In this document: in pieces, positions 1 to 8,132 of the stretch
Layout: each line of letters begins with the position of its first letter
Numbering within the stretch: the stretch's first letter is position 1
DNA from: an uncultured Gammaproteobacteria bacterium
GTDB taxonomy: Bacteria > Patescibacteriota > Microgenomatia > UBA8517
Direction of reading: 5' to 3'
Length of the DNA: 64,000 bases
Assembly: GCA_965231135.1 (NCBI GenBank)
Contig: OZ246419.1
Span: 733,865 to 797,864, forward strand
Position numbers and translations under genes: made by a program
The notes under the pieces: model-generated
Seen by the model: only the letters and a program-made list of their open reading frames with translations
What the model was told of the DNA's origin: nothing
Database searches by the model: none

Positions 1-73
1 CGGAAATATAAACATCGTAGATATTGCAATGGCTTTAAGCAATTATACGGCGCTAGTTGTCCCTGGAGATTAG
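1..73 (+). CDS. 3' end of an upstream gene (partial; ...ALSNYTALVVPGD*), product unknown
   Basis: Open frame from the window edge to TAG at 71-73; no recognisable motif. Confidence 0.3.
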   Translation, partial: GNINIVDIAMALSNYTALVVPGD

Positions 74-138
74 TTTCTTACTGATTTATAACTTAGTTAT
101 TAAATTTATTTGTATTTTATTTATAAAAAAATATTAAT

Positions 139-318
139 ATGCCAAAGTATTCTAAAGAGGCAGAACAAAAAGTGAAACTGGCAATAGATCAAATGAAGGC
201 GGGAAAGTTAAAATCTGGCCAAGGCAGAAAAACCGTAAAAAACAGAAAGCAGGCTATTGCAATTGGTCTTTCAGAAGCCCGTAAAGAAGGTGCAAAAGTT
301 CCCAAGAAAAAGAAATAA
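139..318 (+). CDS. Small basic conserved protein, 59 aa (MPKYSKEAEQKVKLAIDQMKAGKLKSGQGRKTVKNRKQAIAIGLSEARKEGAKVPKKKK); resembles the short KGG/DUF6496-like bacterial family
   Basis: ATG at 139, TAA at 316-318, 60 codons translated by hand. It is below the 60-aa cut-off of the ORF track. Lys-rich C-terminus typical of small nucleic-acid-associated proteins. Confidence 0.5.
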   Translation: MPKYSKEAEQKVKLAIDQMKAGKLKSGQGRKTVKNRKQAIAIGLSEARKEGAKVPKKKK

Positions 319-432
319 AGATTATTTTTTGAACAATAATTATTCGTTTATTAACAATAAAATTTTTGGTTAATTTGTTTACGAATTTTATCCGAACTAA
401 AAGGAATGTTATAAGCAAAGCTTGTAGCATTC

Positions 433-441
433 TGCTATAAT
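433..441 (+). promoter_or_regulatory. Extended -10 element (TGcTATAAT) upstream of rpsU
   Basis: tgctataat at 433-441; SD aaggagg at 480-486 sits 10 nt before the rpsU ATG at 497. Confidence 0.35.
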
Positions 442-496
442 ATTTTATGATTTTGTCCAAGTTAGAAATTGGCAAAGATAAGGAGGTGTTTTTTGA

Positions 497-694
497 ATGG
501 TTGTTGTTAAAAAACAAAAAGGTGAAAGCGACGACAGGCTTATTGCCCGTTTTCGTAAAAAAATTATTGACTCGGGAATTCTTATTGATTACCGAGAGCG
601 TGAGCGTTATAAGAAAAAATCTCAAAGACGTAAAGAGCAAAAATATCGTGTTAACTACATGAAAGAGCTCGAAAAGAAGAGAAACGCTGCCTAA
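497..694 (+). CDS. rpsU: 30S ribosomal protein S21
   Basis: 65 aa, highly basic; ...RFRKKIIDSGILIDYRERERYKKKSQRRKEQK... matches the S21 pattern; strong SD upstream. Confidence 0.85.
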   Translation: MVVVKKQKGESDDRLIARFRKKIIDSGILIDYRERERYKKKSQRRKEQKYRVNYMKELEKKRNAA

Positions 695-1661
695 TTAGTT
701 CCATCAGGATAATCTCGAAGATAACCAGTTTGTAAGGCATGTTGGTTTATTTCTGCTGCTTTATCAAGTATATCTTGCCAGCCATTGGGGTGAATTAAGC
801 GAAAACGCGGATCATTCTGGAGATCATACATCTGTGTGGATGACCATTCTTTATTAGATCCATACTGCCATCTTATTTCAGAAATTACTTTGCCGCCAAT
901 GCTCGCCATCTCCCGTACATATTCTTGCAGTAACGGATTGGAAGCATCTGTTCCTAGGACAGAAATACACAATTCTTTATATAAACTTCTAAAGAAGTCA
1001 GTGTTTAAATTGTCGTGAATTGGTAGTACAAAAACTTTATCCACTATTGGCGAAGAAGCTATTTCCCACATTCTTCCAGCTAATCCTGGTATTCTTGGTC
1101 TATCTAACCCTTTTCTTTTTTTACAATTGTATTGGGATCAAAACCAAAAATGATTTTATGGGTTTCGGGATAAAGTCTTGCGCAAGCGCTTAGGTGGCCA
1201 GCATGAGGAGGATCTATGGCGCCATGGACTAAACCAATTACTTCCCCTTTGGCATGCCAACTATTGGTTAAAGTGAGAATTTCTTCCCAGGTTGCATATT
1301 TTGTTTCAGGATGAGTTTCTAATGGTTCACCTGTTTTCATCCAATTATCAATATCTTGGGTACTGAATAATCCAGATTCGATTCCAAGATATTGGAGAGC
1401 CATACATTTTGCATAACTTCTAGTTGTCATAAAGGGATCTATTCCCAACATTTCTTCAATTGCATATTGTTGTAATGAGACAGAGAGTTCTTTTACGAAA
1501 CATTCTCGTAAGGCAGATAGAGAAGGTTCAAAAAGAAAATTTGCTGCTATTTTTTTATTTAGCGGATCGTCAAGCAAATCCATGACTATTCCTGACAGGT
1601 CATCAAAGCCCAAATCAGATCTGTAAGTATGACGAAGTACCCCGGCTTCTTTAAAAGGCAT
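691..1661 (-). pseudogene. Cytidylyltransferase-like (HxGH) nucleotidyltransferase with an unknown N-terminal domain, split into two ORFs (1104..1661 and 691..1071) by a frameshift at a T7/A7 homopolymer (1116-1122)
   Basis: ORF1 carries GLVHGAIDPPHAGH (a GxFDxxHxGH-type motif) then KIIFGFDPNT. ORF2 continues with SPIVDKVFVLP...ISVLGTDAS...GGKVISEIRWQ, matching the YVDEVIP / DVFVMGDD / ISTTxIR regions of GCT/TagD-type enzymes. Adding one A to the A7 run joins the frames with no intervening stop (...TIVKKRKGLDRPRIPGLAGRMWEIASSP...). Confidence 0.55.
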
Positions 1662-1669
1662 TTTAGAGA

Positions 1670-2287
1670 TTATACTATTTTTCTAGTAAATAGTTTGCGA
1701 TGATAATTAGTTAAGCCATATTTTGCAATCGCATCTCTATGTTCTTTAGTTCCGTAGCCTTTATTTTTATGCCAACAATAACTACTATATTTTTTATTTT
1801 GAGATAGTTTTGTCATCAGTTCATCACGATAAACTTTGGCAATAATTGAAGCTGCGGCAATTGAATACGATTTACTATCGCCTTTTATTATCGGAAGTTG
1901 TTTAGTGCGCCTTAATCCACGAATGTTTGGGATATAAAATGCATCTATTAATAGGTAGTCAACTTTTGTATGAGAATTTTTTAAAGCACGGCGAAAAGCC
2001 ATGTTAGTTGCTTTTACAATACCGTGTCTATTAATTTCAGCAACACTTGCCTTTCCTATACCATAATTTATGGCATTTCGTTTTATCCAATTATTGGCTA
2101 ATTCTCTATTTTTTGCAGACATTTTTTTACTATCATTAATTAAAATATTCATTTTTGTATTTTTATTGAAACTTACAAAAGCAGTTACAACCGGACCAGC
2201 TAGACTACCGCGACCAACTTCATCAAGGCCTGCAATAACATTAATTCCCTTTTTCCAAAGCTTATTTTCGTATGAGAAATCTGGCAT
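1670..2287 (-). CDS. rnhB: Ribonuclease HII
   Basis: GLDEVGRGSLAGPVV active-site motif; start taken at MPDFSYE (2287) inside the ORF 1670..2305. Confidence 0.85.
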   Translation of the reverse strand: MPDFSYENKLWKKGINVIAGLDEVGRGSLAGPVVTAFVSFNKNTKMNILINDSKKMSAKNRELANNWIKRNAINYGIGKASVAEINRHGIVKATNMAFRRALKNSHTKVDYLLIDAFYIPNIRGLRRTKQLPIIKGDSKSYSIAAASIIAKVYRDELMTKLSQNKKYSSYCWHKNKGYGTKEHRDAIAKYGLTNYHRKLFTRKIV

Positions 2288-2316
2288 TTTGAAAAATATT
2301 AGCACATTTGATATAA

Positions 2317-2508
2317 TTGCTTGTGATTAACCCAATTAAGTACTTGCTTGAAGTAAAAAGCGAATTAGGTTTAGTTACCTGGCCCAAAATAAGTGATGTT
2401 GTTAGATTAACTTTACTTGTTGTCTTAATATCAATTATTGTGGGATTATACTTAAGCGGACTTGATGCAGGATTTACAAAATTAATTGGATTAATATTAA
2501 GCAAATAA
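2317..2508 (+). CDS. secE: Preprotein translocase subunit SecE
   Basis: 63 aa, a single C-terminal TM helix preceded by VTWPK (SecE signature); it sits directly upstream of nusG as in the conserved cluster; TTG start. Confidence 0.75.
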   Translation: MLVINPIKYLLEVKSELGLVTWPKISDVVRLTLLVVLISIIVGLYLSGLDAGFTKLIGLILSK

Positions 2509-2549
2509 GAATTTGCTTGTGATGATTACATTATAAACAAATAAATTTT

Positions 2550-3170
2550 ATGGATAATACACAAAATACAAATGCAGGCGTTGATGAACGCGGCGTTGGT
2601 GCAAAGAAAATTCCTGGACATATTGTTATTGAACAAACAGATAACGAAAATGCCAAATGGTATGTGGTTCACACACAATCAGGACATGAAGCACGAGTCT
2701 CTGAGACTTTGAGACAAAGAGTTACAACTTTGGGATTAAACGGAAAAGTTTTTGAACTTCTTGTCCCAACTCAAGACAAAGTTGTTGTACGAGGCGGAAA
2801 AAAGGCAACTGTCAAAGAAAAAATTTTTCCTGGATATCTTCTTGTAAAAATGATTTTAGATGATGAAGTATGGCTTGCTATTCGTACAACTCCTGGAATT
2901 ACAGGATTCGTTGGAGTGGATAATAAACCAACACCAATTTCAGCTACAGAAGTTGCAAACATTCAAAAATTCGTCAGTAGTCCAGCTCCAAGATTTAAAA
3001 CAAAACTTGCAATTAGCGATGCTGTAAAAATTACAGATGGACCTTTTACAGGATTTTTGGGAACAGTTAATGAAGTTGATGAGGATAAAGGACGCGTCAA
3101 AGTTTTGGTTTCTATTTTTGGAAGAGAAACTCCAGTTGAACTAGATTTTCTTCAGGTTGTGAAAGTATAA
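2550..3170 (+). CDS. nusG: Transcription termination/antitermination factor NusG
   Basis: WYVVHTQSGHE... NGN domain and a C-terminal KOW (GPFTGFLGTVNEVDEDKGRVKVLVSIFGRETPVELDF). Confidence 0.9.
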   Translation: MDNTQNTNAGVDERGVGAKKIPGHIVIEQTDNENAKWYVVHTQSGHEARVSETLRQRVTTLGLNGKVFELLVPTQDKVVVRGGKKATVKEKIFPGYLLVKMILDDEVWLAIRTTPGITGFVGVDNKPTPISATEVANIQKFVSSPAPRFKTKLAISDAVKITDGPFTGFLGTVNEVDEDKGRVKVLVSIFGRETPVELDFLQVVKV

Positions 3171-3180
3171 AATATTAAAG

Positions 3181-3756
3181 CTAAGGCTTTTTAAAAACCA
3201 GTGCGTATTTTCCTGTTGTTGTTCCAGCCAGAGTAGCCTTAACAAAAGGATGTTTTTGAGATTCTTCTTTAAAAATATGTTTTATTTCTCCGTTTTCGTA
3301 TTCTTCACTTAATTCAAATCCTAATTTTTTGAATTCATCTATAACTTTTATTTTTGGTGATACGTCTGGTGTATAAGTTTCTACGATTATTACATTTCCT
3401 CCTGATTTTGCTTTCTCATAAAAACTTTTGCCTATTTCGTCTATCTGAGGATGGTCCGAAGCGCCAGCGAACCTTTTTTTAATATGTCCCATGACGTTTA
3501 CTGCTAAAATACTTGAGCATGAATTGTCCGGAGTAGGTATGTTTCTCGCATTACCTTGAACTCTAAGGATTCCAGAATATTCATTTAACCTCATTATTTC
3601 GAAATCTTCCGGGTTAATATTTTCCAATGCTTCGCGGCTTCTATCTACTAATACTCCGGGGCCTTTACCTCGCAGGTCCTGTCGCAATGTTCCAAGTAAC
3701 GGTGTGACTCCTGGTCCCATTTCTAGATTAATATCTAGATCTTTCTGGTCAGCCAT
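3181..3756 (-). CDS. Hypothetical protein (191 aa), sits between nusG and rplK on the opposite strand
   Basis: Intact ORF with native codon usage; no motif recognised. Confidence 0.5.
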   Translation of the reverse strand: MADQKDLDINLEMGPGVTPLLGTLRQDLRGKGPGVLVDRSREALENINPEDFEIMRLNEYSGILRVQGNARNIPTPDNSCSSILAVNVMGHIKKRFAGASDHPQIDEIGKSFYEKAKSGGNVIIVETYTPDVSPKIKVIDEFKKLGFELSEEYENGEIKHIFKEESQKHPFVKATLAGTTTGKYALVFKKP

Positions 3757-3810
3757 GAACTAATACTATATTCAAACTATTTTATTTGCAAGCTGAGATT
3801 TTTTATAAAA

Positions 3811-4074
3811 TTATTCTGTTTGTTTAAATTTTGGAACACTTTTCTTAAGTGCTTTCAAATAAGATACATAGTCTAAACAGACTCCTGCATTTCTTAAATT
3901 AAGATCTGTTTGAAGTCTGTCCCAAGCAGCTTTTGTCCATTCTCCGTCAGCTGATCCGTTTATGCATTGATTTTCAATATATTTTGCCATTATACATTCA
4001 CCAGTCATATCAAATGGGCATAAAATAATGTCTGGAAGATCAGGATTGGTACAAACTTCACTGTTTTCATTCAT
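3811..4074 (-). CDS. Hypothetical small Cys-rich protein (87 aa, 5 Cys)
   Basis: Intact ORF; cysteine pattern C8/C19/C27/C37/C66; no homology recognised. Confidence 0.4.
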   Translation of the reverse strand: MNENSEVCTNPDLPDIILCPFDMTGECIMAKYIENQCINGSADGEWTKAAWDRLQTDLNLRNAGVCLDYVSYLKALKKSVPKFKQTE

Positions 4075-4101
4075 ATGGTTGATATTATAGTCTTTTTCTA
4101 A

Positions 4102-4107
4102 TATAAT
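4102..4107 (+). promoter_or_regulatory. -10-like TATAAT upstream of rplK
   Basis: tataat at 4102-4107, about 45 nt before the rplK ATG (4152). Confidence 0.3.
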
Positions 4108-4151
4108 TGCTTACCACCTTAAAAAAGTGGGAGACGAAAGGTCTAATCAAA

Positions 4152-4580
4152 ATGGCAGGAAAGAAAATAAAGACAGTAGTTAAAATTAATCTTCAAGCTG
4201 GAGCAGCAACACCTGCACCACCAGTTGGAACAGCGCTTGGACAACACGGAGTCTCTATTATGGACTTTGTGAAGCAATACAACGATAAAACTGCTTCAAT
4301 GAAAGGAAATACAGTTCCTGCAGTTATTACAATTTATGAAGACCGCACTTTTGATTTTATTATCAAAATGGCACCAGTAAGCGATATGATTCGTAAAAAA
4401 CTTGGAATTGAAAAAGCATCACATAACCCAGGAAAAGAAATTGTTGCAACACTCACCAAACAACAGGCTGAAGAAATTGCAAAAGACAAACTAGTAGACT
4501 TAAATACTGATGATCTTGCAGCAGCAACAAAAATTGTTGCAGGCACTGCAAGAAGCATGGGAATTAAAACTGAACTTTAA
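4152..4580 (+). CDS. rplK: 50S ribosomal protein L11
   Basis: MAGKKIKTVVKINLQAGAATPAPPVGTALGQHGVSIMDFVKQYN... canonical L11; the true ATG is at 4152 inside the track ORF 4107..4580. Confidence 0.9.
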   Translation: MAGKKIKTVVKINLQAGAATPAPPVGTALGQHGVSIMDFVKQYNDKTASMKGNTVPAVITIYEDRTFDFIIKMAPVSDMIRKKLGIEKASHNPGKEIVATLTKQQAEEIAKDKLVDLNTDDLAAATKIVAGTARSMGIKTEL

Positions 4581-4606
4581 AACAAAAAATAACTAAATAA
4601 GAATTT

Positions 4607-5296
4607 ATGGCAAACAAACAAATAATGAAAAGCAAAGCTGAAAAAGCAAAAGAAATGGAAGCAGCTCAAGCTGCTCCAGAAGCTAAAAAGACAAAGCGCG
4701 AAATTGTTGCAAAGGTTCGCGGAAAAAATTATCAAGAAACTAAAGCTAAAATTGACCACAATAAAAATTACACTCTAGCTGAAGCTATAAAATTCTTTAA
4801 GGAAAACAAAGATGGAGCTAAATTTGACCAAACTCTTGAATTACATATGATTGTCAAAAAAATTGGCCTTAATGTGAATGCAAATCTCCCCCATTCTTCT
4901 GGAAAAGAGAAAAAGGTTGAAGTTGCAGATGATGCAACTCTTAAAAAACTTGATGCAGGAAAAGTCGATTTTGATGTGCTTCTTGCAACAGCTGACATGA
5001 TGCCAAAACTTGTTAAATATGCAAGAATTTTAGGGCCAAAAGGAATGATGCCAAATCCTAAAAACGGAACTTTAATAAAAAGTACAGCTGATGCAAAGAA
5101 TTTCTCAGGAAATTCAAAAACTATAAAGACTGAAAAAGAAGCACCTTTAATTCATACAAGCTTTGGAAAAGTATCACAAAATGAAAAAGAATTAGTAGAA
5201 AATGCTGATGTGATACTTGATGCGGTAAACCGCAAACAAATTGTCCGTGTATTCATGAAATCTACAATGAGCCCAAGCTTGAAAGTACAGATTTAA
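4607..5296 (+). CDS. rplA: 50S ribosomal protein L1
   Basis: 229 aa; ...YARILGPKGMMPNPKNGT... L1 signature. Confidence 0.9.
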   Translation: MANKQIMKSKAEKAKEMEAAQAAPEAKKTKREIVAKVRGKNYQETKAKIDHNKNYTLAEAIKFFKENKDGAKFDQTLELHMIVKKIGLNVNANLPHSSGKEKKVEVADDATLKKLDAGKVDFDVLLATADMMPKLVKYARILGPKGMMPNPKNGTLIKSTADAKNFSGNSKTIKTEKEAPLIHTSFGKVSQNEKELVENADVILDAVNRKQIVRVFMKSTMSPSLKVQI

Positions 5297-5297
5297 G

Positions 5298-6170
5298 ATG
5301 ACTCCAGAACCAAACTCACGAAGATTGGTTAATGATGAAGGCGAATTATTAAAAATAAATAATTTTCTAGCGCAAAATACTTCTGCAGAACAAAATCGAC
5401 TTAGTTTACAACATGAAAGTGAAGTAAAAAAAGATTTACTGCGACAAAAAATGTGGCATATTATTTATGGATTTCAAGAAATAGATAGAGGTTTAGATGA
5501 AAAAATAATGTATTTATTCAATGATTCTCTCTCAGCCGCAGCAATAGTTATTAATTTTCCATTTATAAATGTTGAAAACGGAAATATAAATATTAGATAT
5601 TTAGCCGCAACAACTCAGGGCTTTGGATATTTATCTTTCAGCTTTGATAAAGTAATTAAAAGTGCTCAAGATACAATATTTTCCATAGAAATTCCTTTAA
5701 ATTCTGCTTATTCTGACATAGATAAAATTTATGCTTTGGCTCCAACACCTAGCGAGAATAATAAATCTCTTGACATAGATAATCTTAGAATACTTAACGA
5801 TTATTTTGACAAAATAAATGGCAATTTAGGCGAAGGAAAACCTGGAACTCTTGATCAATTGACCGAAGATGAGATGGGGCTGGTTTTTAAAAATAGTTGG
5901 GAATTAAGAAATAGTAGATTGCCTATAAATTTTAGTCTTGCTCAAAAGTTTGATGTGGCAATTGATTTACAAACTGTCTTAGATAAATTGACCAAAGTAA
6001 AACAAGCACAAATAAATGAAGCTAATATATCTGTGGATGAAGCTACAAATAGACTTAATTTAGCCAATGACTCTCTTGAAATATTGGGTAGAAAAGAAGA
6101 ACTAGAGCCAAGAATATCTGAAGTTGAAACAGATAAACCTAAAAAGAAAAAGAGATTTGTTCTTTTTTAA
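5298..6170 (+). CDS. Hypothetical protein (290 aa) inserted between rplA and rplJ
   Basis: ATG at 5298 overlaps the rplA stop (TAAgATG); no SD; ends with a KKKK tail; no motif recognised. Confidence 0.55.
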   Translation: MTPEPNSRRLVNDEGELLKINNFLAQNTSAEQNRLSLQHESEVKKDLLRQKMWHIIYGFQEIDRGLDEKIMYLFNDSLSAAAIVINFPFINVENGNINIRYLAATTQGFGYLSFSFDKVIKSAQDTIFSIEIPLNSAYSDIDKIYALAPTPSENNKSLDIDNLRILNDYFDKINGNLGEGKPGTLDQLTEDEMGLVFKNSWELRNSRLPINFSLAQKFDVAIDLQTVLDKLTKVKQAQINEANISVDEATNRLNLANDSLEILGRKEELEPRISEVETDKPKKKKRFVLF

Positions 6171-6230
6171 AAATCTGATATACTATCAATTACCAAAGAC
6201 AACACGCAGTTGAATGGTTCAATTTAAGTC

Positions 6231-6758
6231 GTGTCGAGGTATATGTTAAAACAAGATAAATCAACATTAATAAACGAGCTATCCAAAGACTTCAAGGATG
6301 CTTCTTCTATTTCATTAGTTGATTTCACTGGCATGAATATTGTTGCCCAGCAGGATCTCAAGAAAAAACTTAAAGAGGCAAAAGCACGCATGATTGTTGC
6401 TAAAAATACTTTAATTAAACTTGCAGCAAAGGATGCAAAACTTCCAGAAGATATAATAACTGATGAAATTTTAAGCGGACAAACTGCAGTAGTTTTTGGA
6501 AAAGAAGATGCAGTTTCCCCTATTCAAGCAATTGGAAACTTTGCAAAAGATAATGAAGCTCTTAAATTTAAGGCTGGAATTTTAGATGGAGCTTTTCAGG
6601 ACAAAGCTGGAATGGAAGCAATTTCCAAACTTCCAGGCAAAGAAGCTCTTAAAGGACAAGTTGTTGGCAATATCGCAAGCCCAATGTATATGCTTATTTC
6701 TAATTTGCAAGCGAGTGTTCAGGAATTAATCGGAACACTAACAGCGAAGGTGGGGTGA
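6231..6758 (+). CDS. rplJ: 50S ribosomal protein L10 (probable true start at ATG 6243)
   Basis: ...SLVDFTGMNIVAQQDLKKKLKEAKARMIVAKNTLIKLA... L10 pattern. Confidence 0.85.
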   Translation: MSRYMLKQDKSTLINELSKDFKDASSISLVDFTGMNIVAQQDLKKKLKEAKARMIVAKNTLIKLAAKDAKLPEDIITDEILSGQTAVVFGKEDAVSPIQAIGNFAKDNEALKFKAGILDGAFQDKAGMEAISKLPGKEALKGQVVGNIASPMYMLISNLQASVQELIGTLTAKVG

Positions 6759-6763
6759 TTTAA

Positions 6764-7153
6764 ATGGCAGAAGAAAAAAACAAAGTAACAAAAATAGTTG
6801 ATGAAATTGCAGAACTTACAGTTTTGGAACTTTCAGAACTAAACAAAGCATTGCAGGAGAAACTTGGAGTTACTCCTATGGCAATGGCAGCCCCAGCAGC
6901 AGGAGCCGCATCAGCAGATGCAGAGACAAGCGCAGCAGGAGCAAGCCAAACAGTTGTTATGACAAATGCAGGAGCAAATAAAATAGCTGTCATCAAAGCA
7001 CTTCGAGAAATTAATCCAAACCTTGGATTACAAGAAGCAAAAGCAATGACTGACACAGTTCCAGCAGAAGTACTTAAAGACGCTAAAGCAGAAGATGCTA
7101 AAGGCGCAGCTGATAAATTAAAAGCAGCTGGAGCAACTGTAGAATTAAAATAA
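6764..7153 (+). CDS. rplL: 50S ribosomal protein L7/L12
   Basis: Ala-rich flexible hinge, C-terminal ...KIAVIKALREINPNLGLQEAKAMTD...GATVELK. Confidence 0.9.
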   Translation: MAEEKNKVTKIVDEIAELTVLELSELNKALQEKLGVTPMAMAAPAAGAASADAETSAAGASQTVVMTNAGANKIAVIKALREINPNLGLQEAKAMTDTVPAEVLKDAKAEDAKGAADKLKAAGATVELK

Positions 7154-7195
7154 GAATTTTAATTCTGCGCGCAGAAGACTGCGGTAGAACTTAGA

Positions 7196-7225
7196 AAATC
7201 CCTCAAGAAATTGAGGGATTTTTAA
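7196..7225. terminator. Rho-independent, probably bidirectional, terminator between rplL and the convergent GATase1 gene
   Basis: aaatccctcaa-gaaa-ttgagggattt perfect 11-bp stem, followed by TTTTT on the + strand and TTTTCT on the - strand. Confidence 0.6.
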
Positions 7226-7228
7226 TGG

Positions 7229-8128
7229 TTATTGAGCATTTTGCCATGCAAAACGAAGAAAGTTTGATAGAATTATTTTTGCTTCATCGTTGTATGTTTC
7301 CCCTAAAGCTTTAATATCATCTATTTTTTTATTTTTCTTTTCCAATCTTTGTCTAACATCGTCTTTGTCTAAATAATTCATCATTTGTTCCCTGCTTTTT
7401 TCTGGATGAAATTGGAATCCATAGATTTTTCCAAGTTTAAATCCTTGAACTCCTCTTTCGTTTTCAAGCAGAACTTCACCGCCTTCAGGTAATTTAGTGA
7501 TAGTCATTTCGTGATCTTGAGGCACAAGAAACTCTTCAGGCAAGCCTCTTAAGACAGGATCTTCTCTGCTTCCTGTATAGCGTTTTACATAACTCCAACC
7601 TATTTCCCAGAAATTACTACCCTTTTGTGTTTTTAAATCTTTAAGTTGACCACCTAAAGCTTCGACAATTCCTTCTGCACCGAAGCAAATTCCAAGCAAT
7701 GGAATACGAGCATCGCGGATAGCATATACAAATTGATAAAATTCCTTTCTCCAGTCTTTTATAAGAACTCCTTTCTTAATCTCTCTTGTTTGGGGATTTT
7801 CGTGATCGATGACGCTTGGGCGAGCGATTAACTGACTTCCTGTAATAATAACTGCCTGATAATTATTCAATCTTTCGAAAGGAAGTAATAAATTGGCTTT
7901 GGTAACTGATTTATCTTTATCATCAGGGTGTTTTATTAAATCAATAACTTTTAGAGAAGCATTTTCGAGTATTCGTTTTTTATATTCCGTGTAGGTTTCA
8001 CCATTTTGTCTAGGAGTATCAAATAATCCTCCCGCAATGCTCACATACGGAGTTTGATCAACATTAAAATTGACAATAAGTACATTTGCTGGCCTTACAA
8101 TTTCTTTATCTTCTAGTTTCTCTGGCAT
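7229..8128 (-). CDS. Class-I glutamine amidotransferase-like / peptidase C26 (gamma-glutamyl hydrolase-like) protein
   Basis: Catalytic-triad signatures LLGICFGAEG (nucleophile Cys) and GFQFHPE (His-x-Glu); last gene of the ATP-grasp operon. Confidence 0.7.
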   Translation of the reverse strand: MPEKLEDKEIVRPANVLIVNFNVDQTPYVSIAGGLFDTPRQNGETYTEYKKRILENASLKVIDLIKHPDDKDKSVTKANLLLPFERLNNYQAVIITGSQLIARPSVIDHENPQTREIKKGVLIKDWRKEFYQFVYAIRDARIPLLGICFGAEGIVEALGGQLKDLKTQKGSNFWEIGWSYVKRYTGSREDPVLRGLPEEFLVPQDHEMTITKLPEGGEVLLENERGVQGFKLGKIYGFQFHPEKSREQMMNYLDKDDVRQRLEKKNKKIDDIKALGETYNDEAKIILSNFLRFAWQNAQ

Positions 8129-8132
8129 ACTC

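Noticed and set aside
254-640. 128-aa minus-strand ORF overlapping rpsU and the small + strand gene
   Set aside because: Low-complexity, antisense to a well-supported S21 gene with its own SD and promoter; typical AT-rich shadow ORF.
6760-7056. 98-aa minus-strand ORF
   Set aside because: Fully antisense to rplL (L7/L12), whose identity is unambiguous.
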